This document shows, one piece after another, positions 46,368 through 56,384 of a stretch of DNA of 64,000 nucleotides. A model generated the notes under the pieces. It was not told where the DNA came from and ran no database searches. It worked only from the letters and a program-made list of their open reading frames with translations. The stretch spans positions 320,001-384,000 of the forward strand of contig JAVJNR010000002.1 in NCBI GenBank assembly GCA_040217195.1, given 5' to 3'. The stretch comes from Leptospiraceae bacterium (GTDB lineage Bacteria > Spirochaetota > Leptospiria > Leptospirales > Leptonemataceae). The translations under genes and the position numbers were made by a program. Positions within the stretch are counted from its first letter, which is position 1; every line of letters starts with the position of its first letter.

Positions 46368-47362
46368 TGCAAAAGAAAGCAGAAACAAATTCTTCATTTC
46401 ATCTGCCGGTCTTCCAGGAGCACCGGCAGATGCTATTCTCTGTGGCTTATCGAATGATGGGCTCGCATGAAGATGCCCAGGATTTGCTACAGGAAACTTA
46501 CATTAAGTTTTCCGATCTGAAATTAGAAGAGATTCGCAATCCTCGCGGATTTCTGGTCACAATCATCACCCGCCTGGCAATCGATGCGAAACGATCTGCC
46601 TATGAAAAAAAAAGAACCTATCCGGGCCCCTGGTTACCGGAGCCAATACTGGACGGATTCGAAGAAAGCATGGTGCTCTCGGAAACGGCCGGTGCGGCTT
46701 TTCTATTTCTTCTAGAACAGCTTTCTCCGGTGGAAAGGGCTGTTATTGTGCTTCGGGATGTATTCGATTATGAATACTCAGAAATTTCAGGTATTGTGGA
46801 GCGAAAGACGGACCATTGCCGGAAAATCGCAGAACGGGCTCGAAAGCGCATCCGACAGGAAAAGCGAAAGGAAGGTTCTACACTGTCCGAATATGCACAG
46901 AACTCAACTTCAAGCGTTGCGGGCCATATGGATGAAGGCAGGAAGCGCCGATTTCTAATTTCATTTCAAAGGGCCTGTAACCAGGGGGATCTCAATTCAT
47001 TACTTGGGATGCTAACAGAAGATATCCTGGTGCATACCGATGGTGGTGGAAAAGTCACTGCGGCCATGCGTACGGTATTCGGAGCAGACAGAGCCAGTCG
47101 ATTTTTTGCAGGCCTTGCAGAAAAGTTTCCGAATACGTACACAGTGCCTGTGAGCATCGGAGGCACATTCTCAGTGTTGCAATACGATGGAAACGATGAA
47201 CTCAGCTCTGTGGTTCAATTTCGCATGGCATCCGGACGCATCGCGGAAGTGTATGCAGTGAGAAATCCAGATAAGCTAAAAGCTGTGCAAAGGCAGGTGC
47301 GTTCCAGTTTATTGCTCAGGCTGAAAGTCCGGTTATACAAAGCGCTGAGCCGGCTCATTTGA
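46367..47362 (+). CDS. ECF sigma factor, ECF41 (SigJ-like) with SnoaL-like C-terminal domain
   Basis: AYRMMGS..DAQD, YPGPWLPEP, DGGGK and RNPDKL diagnostic motifs. Confidence 0.93.
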   Translation: MQKKAETNSSFHLPVFQEHRQMLFSVAYRMMGSHEDAQDLLQETYIKFSDLKLEEIRNPRGFLVTIITRLAIDAKRSAYEKKRTYPGPWLPEPILDGFEESMVLSETAGAAFLFLLEQLSPVERAVIVLRDVFDYEYSEISGIVERKTDHCRKIAERARKRIRQEKRKEGSTLSEYAQNSTSSVAGHMDEGRKRRFLISFQRACNQGDLNSLLGMLTEDILVHTDGGGKVTAAMRTVFGADRASRFFAGLAEKFPNTYTVPVSIGGTFSVLQYDGNDELSSVVQFRMASGRIAEVYAVRNPDKLKAVQRQVRSSLLLRLKVRLYKALSRLI

Positions 47363-47602
47363 ATTATGGGCAGGAAACCTGTTTCGTTGATGCAATATTG
47401 AACGGCTTTCAATCCTTTTTGTCAACTGGCGCCAATCTCAATGCACCTTAGATAGCGATTTCCAGGTTCATTTCCAGTAAGACTCTACTATAGCGGGAAC
47501 GAATGGAACGTAAAGATCCGCCGGGGACCTTTTTAGACTGGATTGGAAGAGGCGGAGCCTGGCAAATTCATCTTTGAGATTCTGAGGTCTGGCAGTCAGC
47601 GT

Positions 47603-48229
47603 CTACTTACCGTCGATTTCGAACACTCGTGCTGATCCGGTGCCAGCAATATTCAGTTTGCTCAATTCTTCCAGGGCTTCTCCTGCTGTATCCACTGTGG
47701 AGAAGCATCCAAAAAATAGATTTTGCAACCTGGCATCTTGAACTTCCGTGCGGAAGATGGACTGATGAAGTGCTCCATCGCTGGATACGCTTTTACATTT
47801 CAGAGTACGAAGCTTTTGCATTTCAGGTCTGCTTTCCAGAATTCCCTGAAGTTCACGGGCACGATCTTCGCTGAAGGTTCCGACTTTTATAATGAAGAAA
47901 CCCTCTTTTTCCGTAGTCTGGGTCGGTCGATTGGCAAAGCTATTCAGGCTCTGCTGACTTTTTTCAGCAGTCTCACCGGCAGGCTTTTCTTCGGGATATT
48001 TTACTAGAGATTGCTCAAAGCTTTTGAATTGGCCGATTTTGATTCCAGAATAGAGTCCGGCAGCAAAAATTAAAAGTGCAGCGGCCAGGCCATAGCCCAT
48101 CAGCCTTCCTGATGCAGATCTTCCCGATGCATTCGAGGAAGCAGGACGGTCCGAAGGTACATTGATTGGACCCGGGGCCGGACGGCTTTTAATCTTTCGC
48201 GAGAAGTCTACGCTCTGTAGCTCAACCAT
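47603..48229 (-). CDS. Bitopic membrane protein with SPOR-like C-terminal domain
   Basis: Single TM (LMGYGLAAALLIFAAGLYSG), FIIKVGTF and LFFGCFST strands. Start 48229 avoids overlap with the divergent gene. Confidence 0.55.
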   Translation of the reverse strand: MVELQSVDFSRKIKSRPAPGPINVPSDRPASSNASGRSASGRLMGYGLAAALLIFAAGLYSGIKIGQFKSFEQSLVKYPEEKPAGETAEKSQQSLNSFANRPTQTTEKEGFFIIKVGTFSEDRARELQGILESRPEMQKLRTLKCKSVSSDGALHQSIFRTEVQDARLQNLFFGCFSTVDTAGEALEELSKLNIAGTGSARVFEIDGK

Positions 48230-48325
48230 AGCTTCTGTATTTATCGGAAGGATGGAAAACTCTGAGCTAATTTTTCCTTCAATTCGGATTGCTGGATTCC
48301 ATCCAAAGATTGCAACTGAGTCTTG

Positions 48326-49741
48326 ATGCGTTCTGCCACCATCGCTCTGGTTTTCTTCTATCTCGGCTGCCAGCCCGCAGACCTGGACCCGACCCTGGAT
48401 CCGAACTTCCGGGCTCCGCCTCTGGAACTCCACTATGAAAATCGCAACCAGGCGCATCTATTTCAGGGGCTGGGGCTGGCCCTGTACGGCCAGCAACCCC
48501 GATGGCTTTCCCGGCTGGCTGAGCTGGACCCACAATTTGTTCGTCTTGAGGCAGGACCCAGCTGGGCCAGTCTTGACTCCCCTCCGCCCTGGAACCCATC
48601 TGAATATCCTGCCTACATCGAGAATCATTTCAACTCCGAAGATCCGGATAGAATGAAGAAGTTTCAGGAAAGCTTTCGATTCTTCAAAGAGCACAACATC
48701 CAGGTCATTCTGGTTATCTATCAGCAGCCCTATGACTGGCTGGAAACAGACTACATGCATACTTTCAAGGCTGGTGCCGAGGACAGGCTTGTGGCCTTCT
48801 GGGTGGCCCTGCTTCAGTTCTTTGAGAAAAAGGGAATGGAAGTCCAATTCGTGGAACTTGCGAATGAGCCGGAGGGAAACTGGAATGGTCACATACCTGC
48901 TAAGCGTTATTTCAAAATGGTGCAAAGGGCTCGGCTGGCCTTTAACAGTGCAGGCCTGGAGCACATAGGTATTCTGGGGCCAGGACTCTCTTCGCTGGAT
49001 CTGGAGCAAATTCCTCTTCGCTGGATTCAATCAATGAGCGCTCAGGCGGAGCATTCTCTGGCGGGATTTTCTCTACATGCCTGGGACGAAGTACTGGCAG
49101 AGGATCCAGGTTTGAACTCAATGCGAAATGCCTGGAAGAATCCGTCTCGGGCCCTGGAAAAGCTGAATCCCGGCAAGCCTGTATTTGTTACGGAATATGC
49201 CTCGGAGGTTTCGCGACTAAGGCCCGGCGGATACCATTCCCCGGCCAAAAGAGCCCTTTTTACCGCTTCGGATACAGAGCCATATGCCCTTCGTTTGGCT
49301 GCAAATACGCTGATTCATATCAACCAGGCTGCTGCCGTCACAATCGTCTGGAGATTGTCTGACCTGAATGGAGATGACTCCTCCTGGGGCTTGATTCGAT
49401 CCCCTGAAAGAGGCGGCGGATGCAGGCCTGCCTTTAAAACATTGAGATTTCTGTCGGAGCATCTGCCCCGGAATGCCAGAGTGATTCGGCCCATTGATCC
49501 CGGAGATGGGCTGGTGGCATCCCTTCTGTTAAAGGAAGAAAACCGCTACCATTGGATTGGCGTAAACACCGGTCCAAATATGCGAAGAGTTAAACTTGAA
49601 CTCGATGGGACTATATCAGGAACCGGATTAATGGTTCTATTTCAATTCTCCGGGCAAAAGGTTCTAGTAATACGAGGCGAAGAGGTGTGGCAACTTGAAT
49701 TGCCTCCGCACTCCATAGGGGTTCTGAAATGGGCCGAATAA
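48326..49741 (+). CDS. Lipoprotein glycoside hydrolase, clan GH-A (GH30/GH39/GH5-like)
   Basis: Lipobox FYLG-C. ANEPEG (acid/base), SLHAW, VFVTEY (nucleophile). C-terminal beta-rich domain. Confidence 0.7.
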   Translation: MRSATIALVFFYLGCQPADLDPTLDPNFRAPPLELHYENRNQAHLFQGLGLALYGQQPRWLSRLAELDPQFVRLEAGPSWASLDSPPPWNPSEYPAYIENHFNSEDPDRMKKFQESFRFFKEHNIQVILVIYQQPYDWLETDYMHTFKAGAEDRLVAFWVALLQFFEKKGMEVQFVELANEPEGNWNGHIPAKRYFKMVQRARLAFNSAGLEHIGILGPGLSSLDLEQIPLRWIQSMSAQAEHSLAGFSLHAWDEVLAEDPGLNSMRNAWKNPSRALEKLNPGKPVFVTEYASEVSRLRPGGYHSPAKRALFTASDTEPYALRLAANTLIHINQAAAVTIVWRLSDLNGDDSSWGLIRSPERGGGCRPAFKTLRFLSEHLPRNARVIRPIDPGDGLVASLLLKEENRYHWIGVNTGPNMRRVKLELDGTISGTGLMVLFQFSGQKVLVIRGEEVWQLELPPHSIGVLKWAE

Positions 49742-50736
49742 AAACTCCCGACCAGGCCATTCATGGCAATACAATCCGCACCCGTGGAATCGTCCACCCT
49801 GGCTGGGCAGGGTGGCTATTGCTGCTCTTTCTTTTTTGTACTCCGGGCTGTGAAGGGGAAAATAGTCCGGACTCCCTTCCAGCCAATGCTCTGGAGAAAA
49901 TCCATTCGCCGGAACCGTTGCTCAGGCTGAATGATTCAAACCTGGTAGATGCGGCGCGGCGCTGCGAACCTGAGTCTTTCCGGCTATTACTTGAACAAAC
50001 GGATACGAAGACCATGAATGCACAGGTTTCCGGCGGAGAGACTGCCTTGAACTATGCTGTCTGGTTCCAGCGCACTCCCTGCGTTCGCATGCTAATCGAA
50101 GCCGGGGCCCATGTAAATACTCGCACGGATGGAAAGGAAACTGCACTACATTATGCTCTGCATCAAGGGGATGCGGAGATCACTTCCATGTTGCTTCTGG
50201 CCGGCGCAGATTTTCAGGCGGTAGAGCAGGATAATGGATACTCGGTGCTGATGGTGGCAGCCGGGCTGGGACGAATACCGGAGACCAGAGTTCTGGTGGC
50301 TCTGGGATCTGATCAGGCAAAGAGAGACTATGATGGACGAACTGCTTTGATGCATTCCATTCGAGGCAGGCATGAAAAAGTGGCTGAGCTTCTGATAAAC
50401 CACAAAAGCGTGCAGGTGGCCGATGTGCACCGAGAGACTTCGCTTTATTATGCCATTCGTTCCCGGAATTTATCACTGGTTGCAAGGATCCTGGAAGCCG
50501 GGGCCAATCCCAATGCATTGAATGAATTTGGCGAAACGCCGCTCATGCTGGCTGCTTCTATGGGTAGCGACGAACTGGTTCGGCTCTTGCTGAGCTTCGG
50601 TGCGGATGAAAGCATCACAGATGCCACCAATACCTACAGTGCTGCCACTATAGCCAGAGCGAACGGTTTTTCCCGGATTGTTTCATTGCTGGAATCGCCC
50701 CTCCGCCGGGCTGTATTGAAGATTTTTGGAATCTAG
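49729..50736 (+). CDS. Ankyrin repeat protein, probably exported/lipoprotein (start uncertain)
   Basis: Multiple GxTALxxA ankyrin repeats. Hydrophobic segment ending FCTPG-C. Confidence 0.85.
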   Translation: MGRIKTPDQAIHGNTIRTRGIVHPGWAGWLLLLFLFCTPGCEGENSPDSLPANALEKIHSPEPLLRLNDSNLVDAARRCEPESFRLLLEQTDTKTMNAQVSGGETALNYAVWFQRTPCVRMLIEAGAHVNTRTDGKETALHYALHQGDAEITSMLLLAGADFQAVEQDNGYSVLMVAAGLGRIPETRVLVALGSDQAKRDYDGRTALMHSIRGRHEKVAELLINHKSVQVADVHRETSLYYAIRSRNLSLVARILEAGANPNALNEFGETPLMLAASMGSDELVRLLLSFGADESITDATNTYSAATIARANGFSRIVSLLESPLRRAVLKIFGI

Positions 50737-50742
50737 AATCGA

Positions 50743-51990
50743 TCAGGCGAATTCCCGTACCACTCGTTCGAAGATGTCCAGACCTTCTGCAGCTGAATCC
50801 AGACTAAGATTCAAAGGAGGCATGATTCGAATTACCTGTCCTGCAGTGCAATTCACCAGCAGCTTTTCTTCCCGGCAGCGATTCACTACGTCTGGTCCAT
50901 GTTCATTCAGCTCCACTCCAATGTGTAGCCCAATGCCTCTTACATCTTTCACCAGCGGGCAGGTTTCCTGTAGCAATCGTAATCGGCGAAAGAAATAATC
51001 GGACAGCCCTTCAGCATTCTTCAGGATCTCTCGGCCCATGATAATTCGCAGATTTTCATAGGCTGCACGAGCCACTACATGGTTTCCGCCGAACGTGGAG
51101 CCATGCATTCCTGCTTCCAGTAGATGAGTAAACTCATCGGCCACAACCATTGCTCCGATGGGAAGTCCTGCACCCAGAGCTTTGGCCAGAGTCATTGCAT
51201 CAGGCTGAATCTTATAATGTTCGTAAGCGAATAGCTTTGCAGTTCTACCAATGCCGGTCTGGATCTCATCCAGGATCAATAGAGCATTGTGTCCTTTAGT
51301 CAGTTCTCGGGCCCTGGAAACAAAATCCTGGCTCATTGGTTGAATGCCGCCTTCTCCCTGAACCAGTTCCATGATCATAGCGCAGATTCGACCATCGTAC
51401 TGTTCGAAGGCCCCTTCCAAAGCTTCAATGTCGTTTGCCGGGATATGCACAAATCCTTCCATTAGTGGGCCGAACCCCTCTCGGATCTTTCCCTGACCGG
51501 TCATGGCCATGGCTCCCGTGGTGCGGCCATGGAAGCTATTTTCCAGAGCCAGAACGATTGGGGTGCCATTAATACTTTCGCCATGACGCCTGGCCAATTT
51601 CAAGGCTGCTTCATTGGCTTCTGTACCTGAATTGCAAAGGAACACTTTTCCTGGAAAGCTATGCTGAATCAGAGCTTCGGCCAGGAGTGCCTGCTCCTGG
51701 TTGTAGAAAAGGTTCGAGGAATGCATGATTCGATCGGACTGATCGCGTACCGCTTCAATCAAATCCGCTTCCCCATGACCCAGGTTGGTTACCGAAATGC
51801 CGCATAGAAAATCAAGGTAGGCATTGTTTTCCGAGTCATACAGATACTCGCCCTGACCAAAATAGAATGCCAGCGGTGCCCGCCTGTAGGTACCGAGGAG
51901 ATATTTGTCGGACTTCTCCTGGATTTCCTCCAGGCTCAACGGCTTCGTAAAATCCGATTCCTGTTGTTCTACTTCTTGTTCGGCGCTCAT
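50743..51990 (-). CDS. argD: Acetylornithine aminotransferase (class III PLP)
   Basis: NSGTEANEAA, SFHGRT, QGEGG, DEIQTGIGRT, LAKALG, HGSTFGGN. Confidence 0.9.
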   Translation of the reverse strand: MSAEQEVEQQESDFTKPLSLEEIQEKSDKYLLGTYRRAPLAFYFGQGEYLYDSENNAYLDFLCGISVTNLGHGEADLIEAVRDQSDRIMHSSNLFYNQEQALLAEALIQHSFPGKVFLCNSGTEANEAALKLARRHGESINGTPIVLALENSFHGRTTGAMAMTGQGKIREGFGPLMEGFVHIPANDIEALEGAFEQYDGRICAMIMELVQGEGGIQPMSQDFVSRARELTKGHNALLILDEIQTGIGRTAKLFAYEHYKIQPDAMTLAKALGAGLPIGAMVVADEFTHLLEAGMHGSTFGGNHVVARAAYENLRIIMGREILKNAEGLSDYFFRRLRLLQETCPLVKDVRGIGLHIGVELNEHGPDVVNRCREEKLLVNCTAGQVIRIMPPLNLSLDSAAEGLDIFERVVREFA

Positions 51991-52266
51991 TATGTTCTCC
52001 CGGTTAGCCAGCCATCCCGGCTGTCTCAGCCATCCACCGTTTTCTGTCGTTGACAGTTGCTCCGCGGTTCCATGCCCAAAAATCGGGTGCAGATCCGGAG
52101 CAATGGGCTTTTCAGGCTACATACTGACTTTCGCCTGGCCTTCGGCAGGTCAACGATTCTCAGTATTCAAAATTAGATTCTGGAGCCCCGGGCCCTGTAA
52201 TGCAAATAATGATAAGGAATCCGTTTTTTTGATGGAAGAAACTTCGAATCGGAAAATGGTATTGCA

Positions 52267-52620
52267 GTGAAGCTCCGCCTAAAGAGAGTCTATGATCCGC
52301 CGCAGAAGGAGGATGGAATTCGCATTCTTGTGGATAGGATTTGGCCCCGGGGAATCAGTCGGCAGGTTGCCGCAATTGATCTATGGCTCAAAGAAATTGC
52401 ACCCAGCACGGAACTGCGAAAATGGTTCGGTCATGATCCTGAAAAATGGTCCGAGTTTCAGAAGCGCTATCACCGGGAGATACATTCCAATACAGAGGCT
52501 TTGCAATCCTTACTGGAGCAGATTCGAAAAGGGCCGGTAACACTGGTTTATAGCGCCAGGGATGAAAGGCATAATCAAGCTGTGGCATTGCTGAAATTCC
52601 TGGAAGAAGGCAAATTCTGA
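52267..52620 (+). CDS. DUF488 (YeaO-like) protein
   Basis: KRVYD..DG.RILVDRIWPRG, APSTELRKWFGH, VTLVYSARD..HNQA. GTG start. Confidence 0.92.
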   Translation: MKLRLKRVYDPPQKEDGIRILVDRIWPRGISRQVAAIDLWLKEIAPSTELRKWFGHDPEKWSEFQKRYHREIHSNTEALQSLLEQIRKGPVTLVYSARDERHNQAVALLKFLEEGKF

Positions 52621-52702
52621 ACTCCGGATTCATCCATCAATCCATTGGCTTGAAATACTTCGGAATCCAGAGTAATTCGCAGATATGGGTCTGGATTTCA
52701 GT

Positions 52703-54478
52703 CTACCGGGTAAGACCAGTTCGAGCAAAAAACAATCCTGAAATACTTACCAGTTCATTTTCCAGTTCGGCCCGGGCTTTGTTCAATTCTTCCAGGCTCT
52801 GGGGCTGATCCGGGTATTTTAAACTGGCATAGAGTTTTACTTTGGGCTCTGTTCCAGATGGGCGAATGGTAAGCTTTCCTTCTGGTTCCAGAAGAAGCTG
52901 GATTACATTAGAAGGTGGAAGGTCGCCAAAGAACTCTGGAGCCGGCTTCTTGTTCACGGTCTGCTTTTTGAAATCGCGAACTTCTACCACGGTGCGGTTT
53001 TCCAGTTCCATACCGACCATATCGTTTTCTCGAAGGGAATCGATGATTTGATTCATCCTTTGCTGCCCATCGCTTCCTTTCATGGTAACAGATTTCAAAT
53101 CTTCAAGATACAGACCATACTTGAGATAGATCTGATTCAGGTAGGTCTCCAGGTTACCCATTTGCTGAATAATCTGACAGAGAACCAGGGCGGACGATAG
53201 GGAGTCCTTATCTCGTACAAACTCTACCGGTAAATACCCGTAGGATTCTTCTCCACCGAATAAAAAAACATCCTTCCCTTTTTGAAATCCGCTGGTTCCG
53301 TTATCCAGTTCGCGCATTTGCTCCGCGATATACTTAAAACCAGTCAAAACATCTTTGATCTTAATCCCATTCTTTTCAGCGATTACTTTCTGCAGATCTG
53401 TAGTAACGATGGTCTTGAATATCCAGTAATTCTTGTCTGTTTTCTTCGGTGCATTTTCACACAGGAAAGCACACATGATACTTCCCAGCTGATTTCCGTT
53501 GAGAAGTATGTACCGATTTCCTGATTTGATGCCGGCCCCCAGTCGGTCCGCATCCGGGTCGGTGGCCAGAAAAAGTTCAGCATCATGTTTTCTGGCGGTT
53601 TCTTCGCACAGTCGAAGTGCATCCGCTTCTTCCGGATTGGGTAGCTCGACTGTGGGAAATTCTCCATCCGGCTCCATCTGTTCCGGTACACCGATGACCT
53701 GATAACCGAACTTCTCCAGCAACGGCGGCAGCCAGGGCCCTGCTGTTCCGTGTAGCGGCGAAAATACGATCTTGAATTTAGCATCCACATGCTTGGCCAG
53801 GCCCCTTTTTTGAAACTCGTTGTAATAGGCTTCCTGAATCTCTGGTCCGATCCACTGAGTGAATTTCTTGAAGTCCTCGGATCCTTCGGTTCGAAACGGA
53901 AGATCCCAGTCGGATATTTCATCGATTAATTGCTCCAGCCGAACCTGGGCATCTCCGGTAAACTGGGATCCATCATCCAGATAGACTTTGAAGCCATTGT
54001 ATTCTGGAGGGTTATGACTGGCTGTGAGTACCGCTCCGCCTGCTGCTCCCAGATGGCGAACTGCATAGGAAAGGATGGGAGTGGGGGTTACCCCCTTAAA
54101 TAGAAAAGCTTTCACGCCCATGCCGGCGGCCAGGCCGGCCACTACTTTTGCAAATTCAGGACTCATGCGCCTGGAATCATGGGCAATTACGATGGATGGA
54201 TTATGGTAGGTTTCTTTGATATAGCGGACGAATCCCAGGGCAGCCCTGCCCACTGTCCATTGATTTAGGCGACCAGGACCAATGCCCAGTACACCACGCA
54301 TTCCGCCGGTTCCAAAGGCCAGCTTTCCGGAAAAAGCGTCCGTTTCATCATTTCGAACACCGGCCCTGTAATCTACGTATACACGCGCCGCCTGGTCTCG
54401 AATCTCCAGGGGGAAATTGGGCGATGCCCAGTCTAGAATCCGAGTTCTTACCAGATCTTCGTGGTTTGACTCTGCCAT
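52703..54478 (-). CDS. Phosphoglucomutase/phosphomannomutase family
   Basis: FGTGGMRG, TASHNP, DPDADR, GGEES, RPSGTEPK. Confidence 0.93.
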   Translation of the reverse strand: MAESNHEDLVRTRILDWASPNFPLEIRDQAARVYVDYRAGVRNDETDAFSGKLAFGTGGMRGVLGIGPGRLNQWTVGRAALGFVRYIKETYHNPSIVIAHDSRRMSPEFAKVVAGLAAGMGVKAFLFKGVTPTPILSYAVRHLGAAGGAVLTASHNPPEYNGFKVYLDDGSQFTGDAQVRLEQLIDEISDWDLPFRTEGSEDFKKFTQWIGPEIQEAYYNEFQKRGLAKHVDAKFKIVFSPLHGTAGPWLPPLLEKFGYQVIGVPEQMEPDGEFPTVELPNPEEADALRLCEETARKHDAELFLATDPDADRLGAGIKSGNRYILLNGNQLGSIMCAFLCENAPKKTDKNYWIFKTIVTTDLQKVIAEKNGIKIKDVLTGFKYIAEQMRELDNGTSGFQKGKDVFLFGGEESYGYLPVEFVRDKDSLSSALVLCQIIQQMGNLETYLNQIYLKYGLYLEDLKSVTMKGSDGQQRMNQIIDSLRENDMVGMELENRTVVEVRDFKKQTVNKKPAPEFFGDLPPSNVIQLLLEPEGKLTIRPSGTEPKVKLYASLKYPDQPQSLEELNKARAELENELVSISGLFFARTGLTR

Positions 54479-54689
54479 TTCATTACCTACAGAAAGAAAT
54501 TCTTCGGGAAAGACGGTTCCCCCGCCTAGCCCCTGGGAAGGATGCATTGGGGCCGCTTGGATCCGCTAACTATTGGACGGAAGATAAGGCCCTACGGTGC
54601 AGCATCTTCTTAGACTGTCAGGAACAATTTTAAGGAGTACCCGGCAAGTATTTCAATTGCAGACATGCAGGGACCGGGAAAATGAAGGT

Positions 54690-55469
54690 ATGGCCATACA
54701 CCCGACCGCGATCATAGATTCAGGCGCCGATATCCACGAATCGGTGGAAATAGGTCCTTACACTGTTATTGATGGCAATGTAAAGATTGGAGAAGGATGC
54801 AGAATTGGTTCCCATGTCCGCATCTATGCTCATACAACCATCGGTAAAAATAATCGAATCGATGCTCATGCTATTCTTGGGGCTGACGGACAAGATCTGG
54901 GCTTTGATTCATCGAGCCCCACAGGATTGCTCATAGGCGACAATAATATATTCAGAGAGCAGACCAATATTCACAGAGCAACTCAGCTGGATTATCCTAC
55001 AACCATCGGAAATGAGAATTACCTGATGGGTGGTTTCCATGTGGGCCATGACTGTACAATTGGCGATCAGAATATCATGGTTCATGGAAGTGTTCTTGCC
55101 GGGCATGTGCACATTGGAAACCGGGTGCTCATTTCTGGCCTGGTTGCGGTACATCAATACTGTAACATTGGAGACTATGCAATGTTAGCTGGCTGCGCCA
55201 AGATTGTAAAAGATGTGCCTCCTTTTGCCACAGCGGATGGCAATCCGGCCACGATTATTGGACAGAATGTGGTGGGTATGAAGCGGGCTGGCACCACTCC
55301 AGATGTTCGAAAGCAAATCAAAGCAGCCTACGACGTACTCTATCATCAGAAAATGAACACAAGTCAGGCTCTGAAACATCTAAAGGATCAGGGAACGCAA
55401 CCTCCGGAGGTTCAGATGATCATTGATTTCTTTGGAAAGAGCAAACGAGGAGTGACCGATCATAGATGA
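54690..55469 (+). CDS. lpxA: Acyl-ACP--UDP-N-acetylglucosamine(-3N) acyltransferase
   Basis: IHPTAII hexapeptide repeats, QDL, HVGHDC, VHQ, DVPPF. Confidence 0.92.
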   Translation: MAIHPTAIIDSGADIHESVEIGPYTVIDGNVKIGEGCRIGSHVRIYAHTTIGKNNRIDAHAILGADGQDLGFDSSSPTGLLIGDNNIFREQTNIHRATQLDYPTTIGNENYLMGGFHVGHDCTIGDQNIMVHGSVLAGHVHIGNRVLISGLVAVHQYCNIGDYAMLAGCAKIVKDVPPFATADGNPATIIGQNVVGMKRAGTTPDVRKQIKAAYDVLYHQKMNTSQALKHLKDQGTQPPEVQMIIDFFGKSKRGVTDHR

Positions 55470-55613
55470 TTGAATCTTCAGCTCCCAGGCATCAAAACCG
55501 GCCCGATTCCCGGGAAATTGGATGAAGTTTGGTTCCCGAAAGCAAAAGCCCGGTATATATGAATTGCAATGGGCCACCAATCATGGTATTCTAATTAGAT
55601 ACAGGAGAACAAT

Positions 55614-55901
55614 ATGAGCGAAGAACAAGCAAATGACAGCGGCGCAACCGGCGCTAATACTGAGAAGTTAAAGCAGGGGTATGAAAACCTGAAAGGTCAG
55701 GCACAAAAAGCCCGAGCTCGAGCACAGGATACCTACGAACAGGCCAGAGCTCGTGCATCCGTTTACGGTGAAGGCGCTCAGGAATTTGTAGATGCTGCCG
55801 GGCAGTATGTTAAAGAAAACCCCGAGCGGTCCACGCTCATCGCCGGCGTAACCGGTCTCGGTTTTGGACTGTTGCTGGGGCTTCTAATCGGTCGCAAGTA
55901 A
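55614..55901 (+). CDS. DUF883/ElaB/YqjD family tail-anchored protein
   Basis: Helical N-part, YVKENP and C-terminal TM ending GRK. AGGAG SD. Confidence 0.85.
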   Translation: MSEEQANDSGATGANTEKLKQGYENLKGQAQKARARAQDTYEQARARASVYGEGAQEFVDAAGQYVKENPERSTLIAGVTGLGFGLLLGLLIGRK

Positions 55902-55902
55902 A

Positions 55903-56346
55903 ATGCCTTCAAGAAGCGACAGGCATTCATCCGGTCTAAATCGAGATCGGATGAATGCGGAGCTGGCCAGAAATCTTCCGCTGTTTCGCAGTCTGGCTCA
56001 GAATCTGGCAGCCTATTTATTCGACCGATCTGCATATTTGCGCTCACTGAAGGCTTATATGACCTATCAGGTGGAGTATCGATCGGGAAAATGGATGGGG
56101 GGTACTGCTTTTCTGGTGCTCGGGATCTTTTTTCTTATCGGAGCATCCTTTTCATTGATGTTCACTTTGTATCAATTGTTGAAAGATATAACTGGTAATG
56201 TCACTCTCTCCGCATTTATTGTTAGCTGGGTATGTATCTTCCTGGGCTTTGTGTTCTTGATGATTTCAAAAAAGAGCTACACAGGCCTGGCCAGCGGCAT
56301 GAACTATCGGGAATGGAAAAACCGGGAAGATCATAGAAGTTCCTGA
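55903..56346 (+). CDS. YqjE-like (holin_3_6 family-like) two-TM membrane protein
   Basis: Two TM helices, directly after a DUF883 gene, which is the usual context for this family. Confidence 0.55.
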   Translation: MPSRSDRHSSGLNRDRMNAELARNLPLFRSLAQNLAAYLFDRSAYLRSLKAYMTYQVEYRSGKWMGGTAFLVLGIFFLIGASFSLMFTLYQLLKDITGNVTLSAFIVSWVCIFLGFVFLMISKKSYTGLASGMNYREWKNREDHRSS

Positions 56347-56384
56347 CCGGATCAACCGATAATCAGTACCGGAGAGACTATTAA

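Noticed and set aside
55903..56346. Prophage lysis gene
   Set aside because: The holin-like family call reflects YqjE-type chromosomal genes next to DUF883; no phage genes are nearby.
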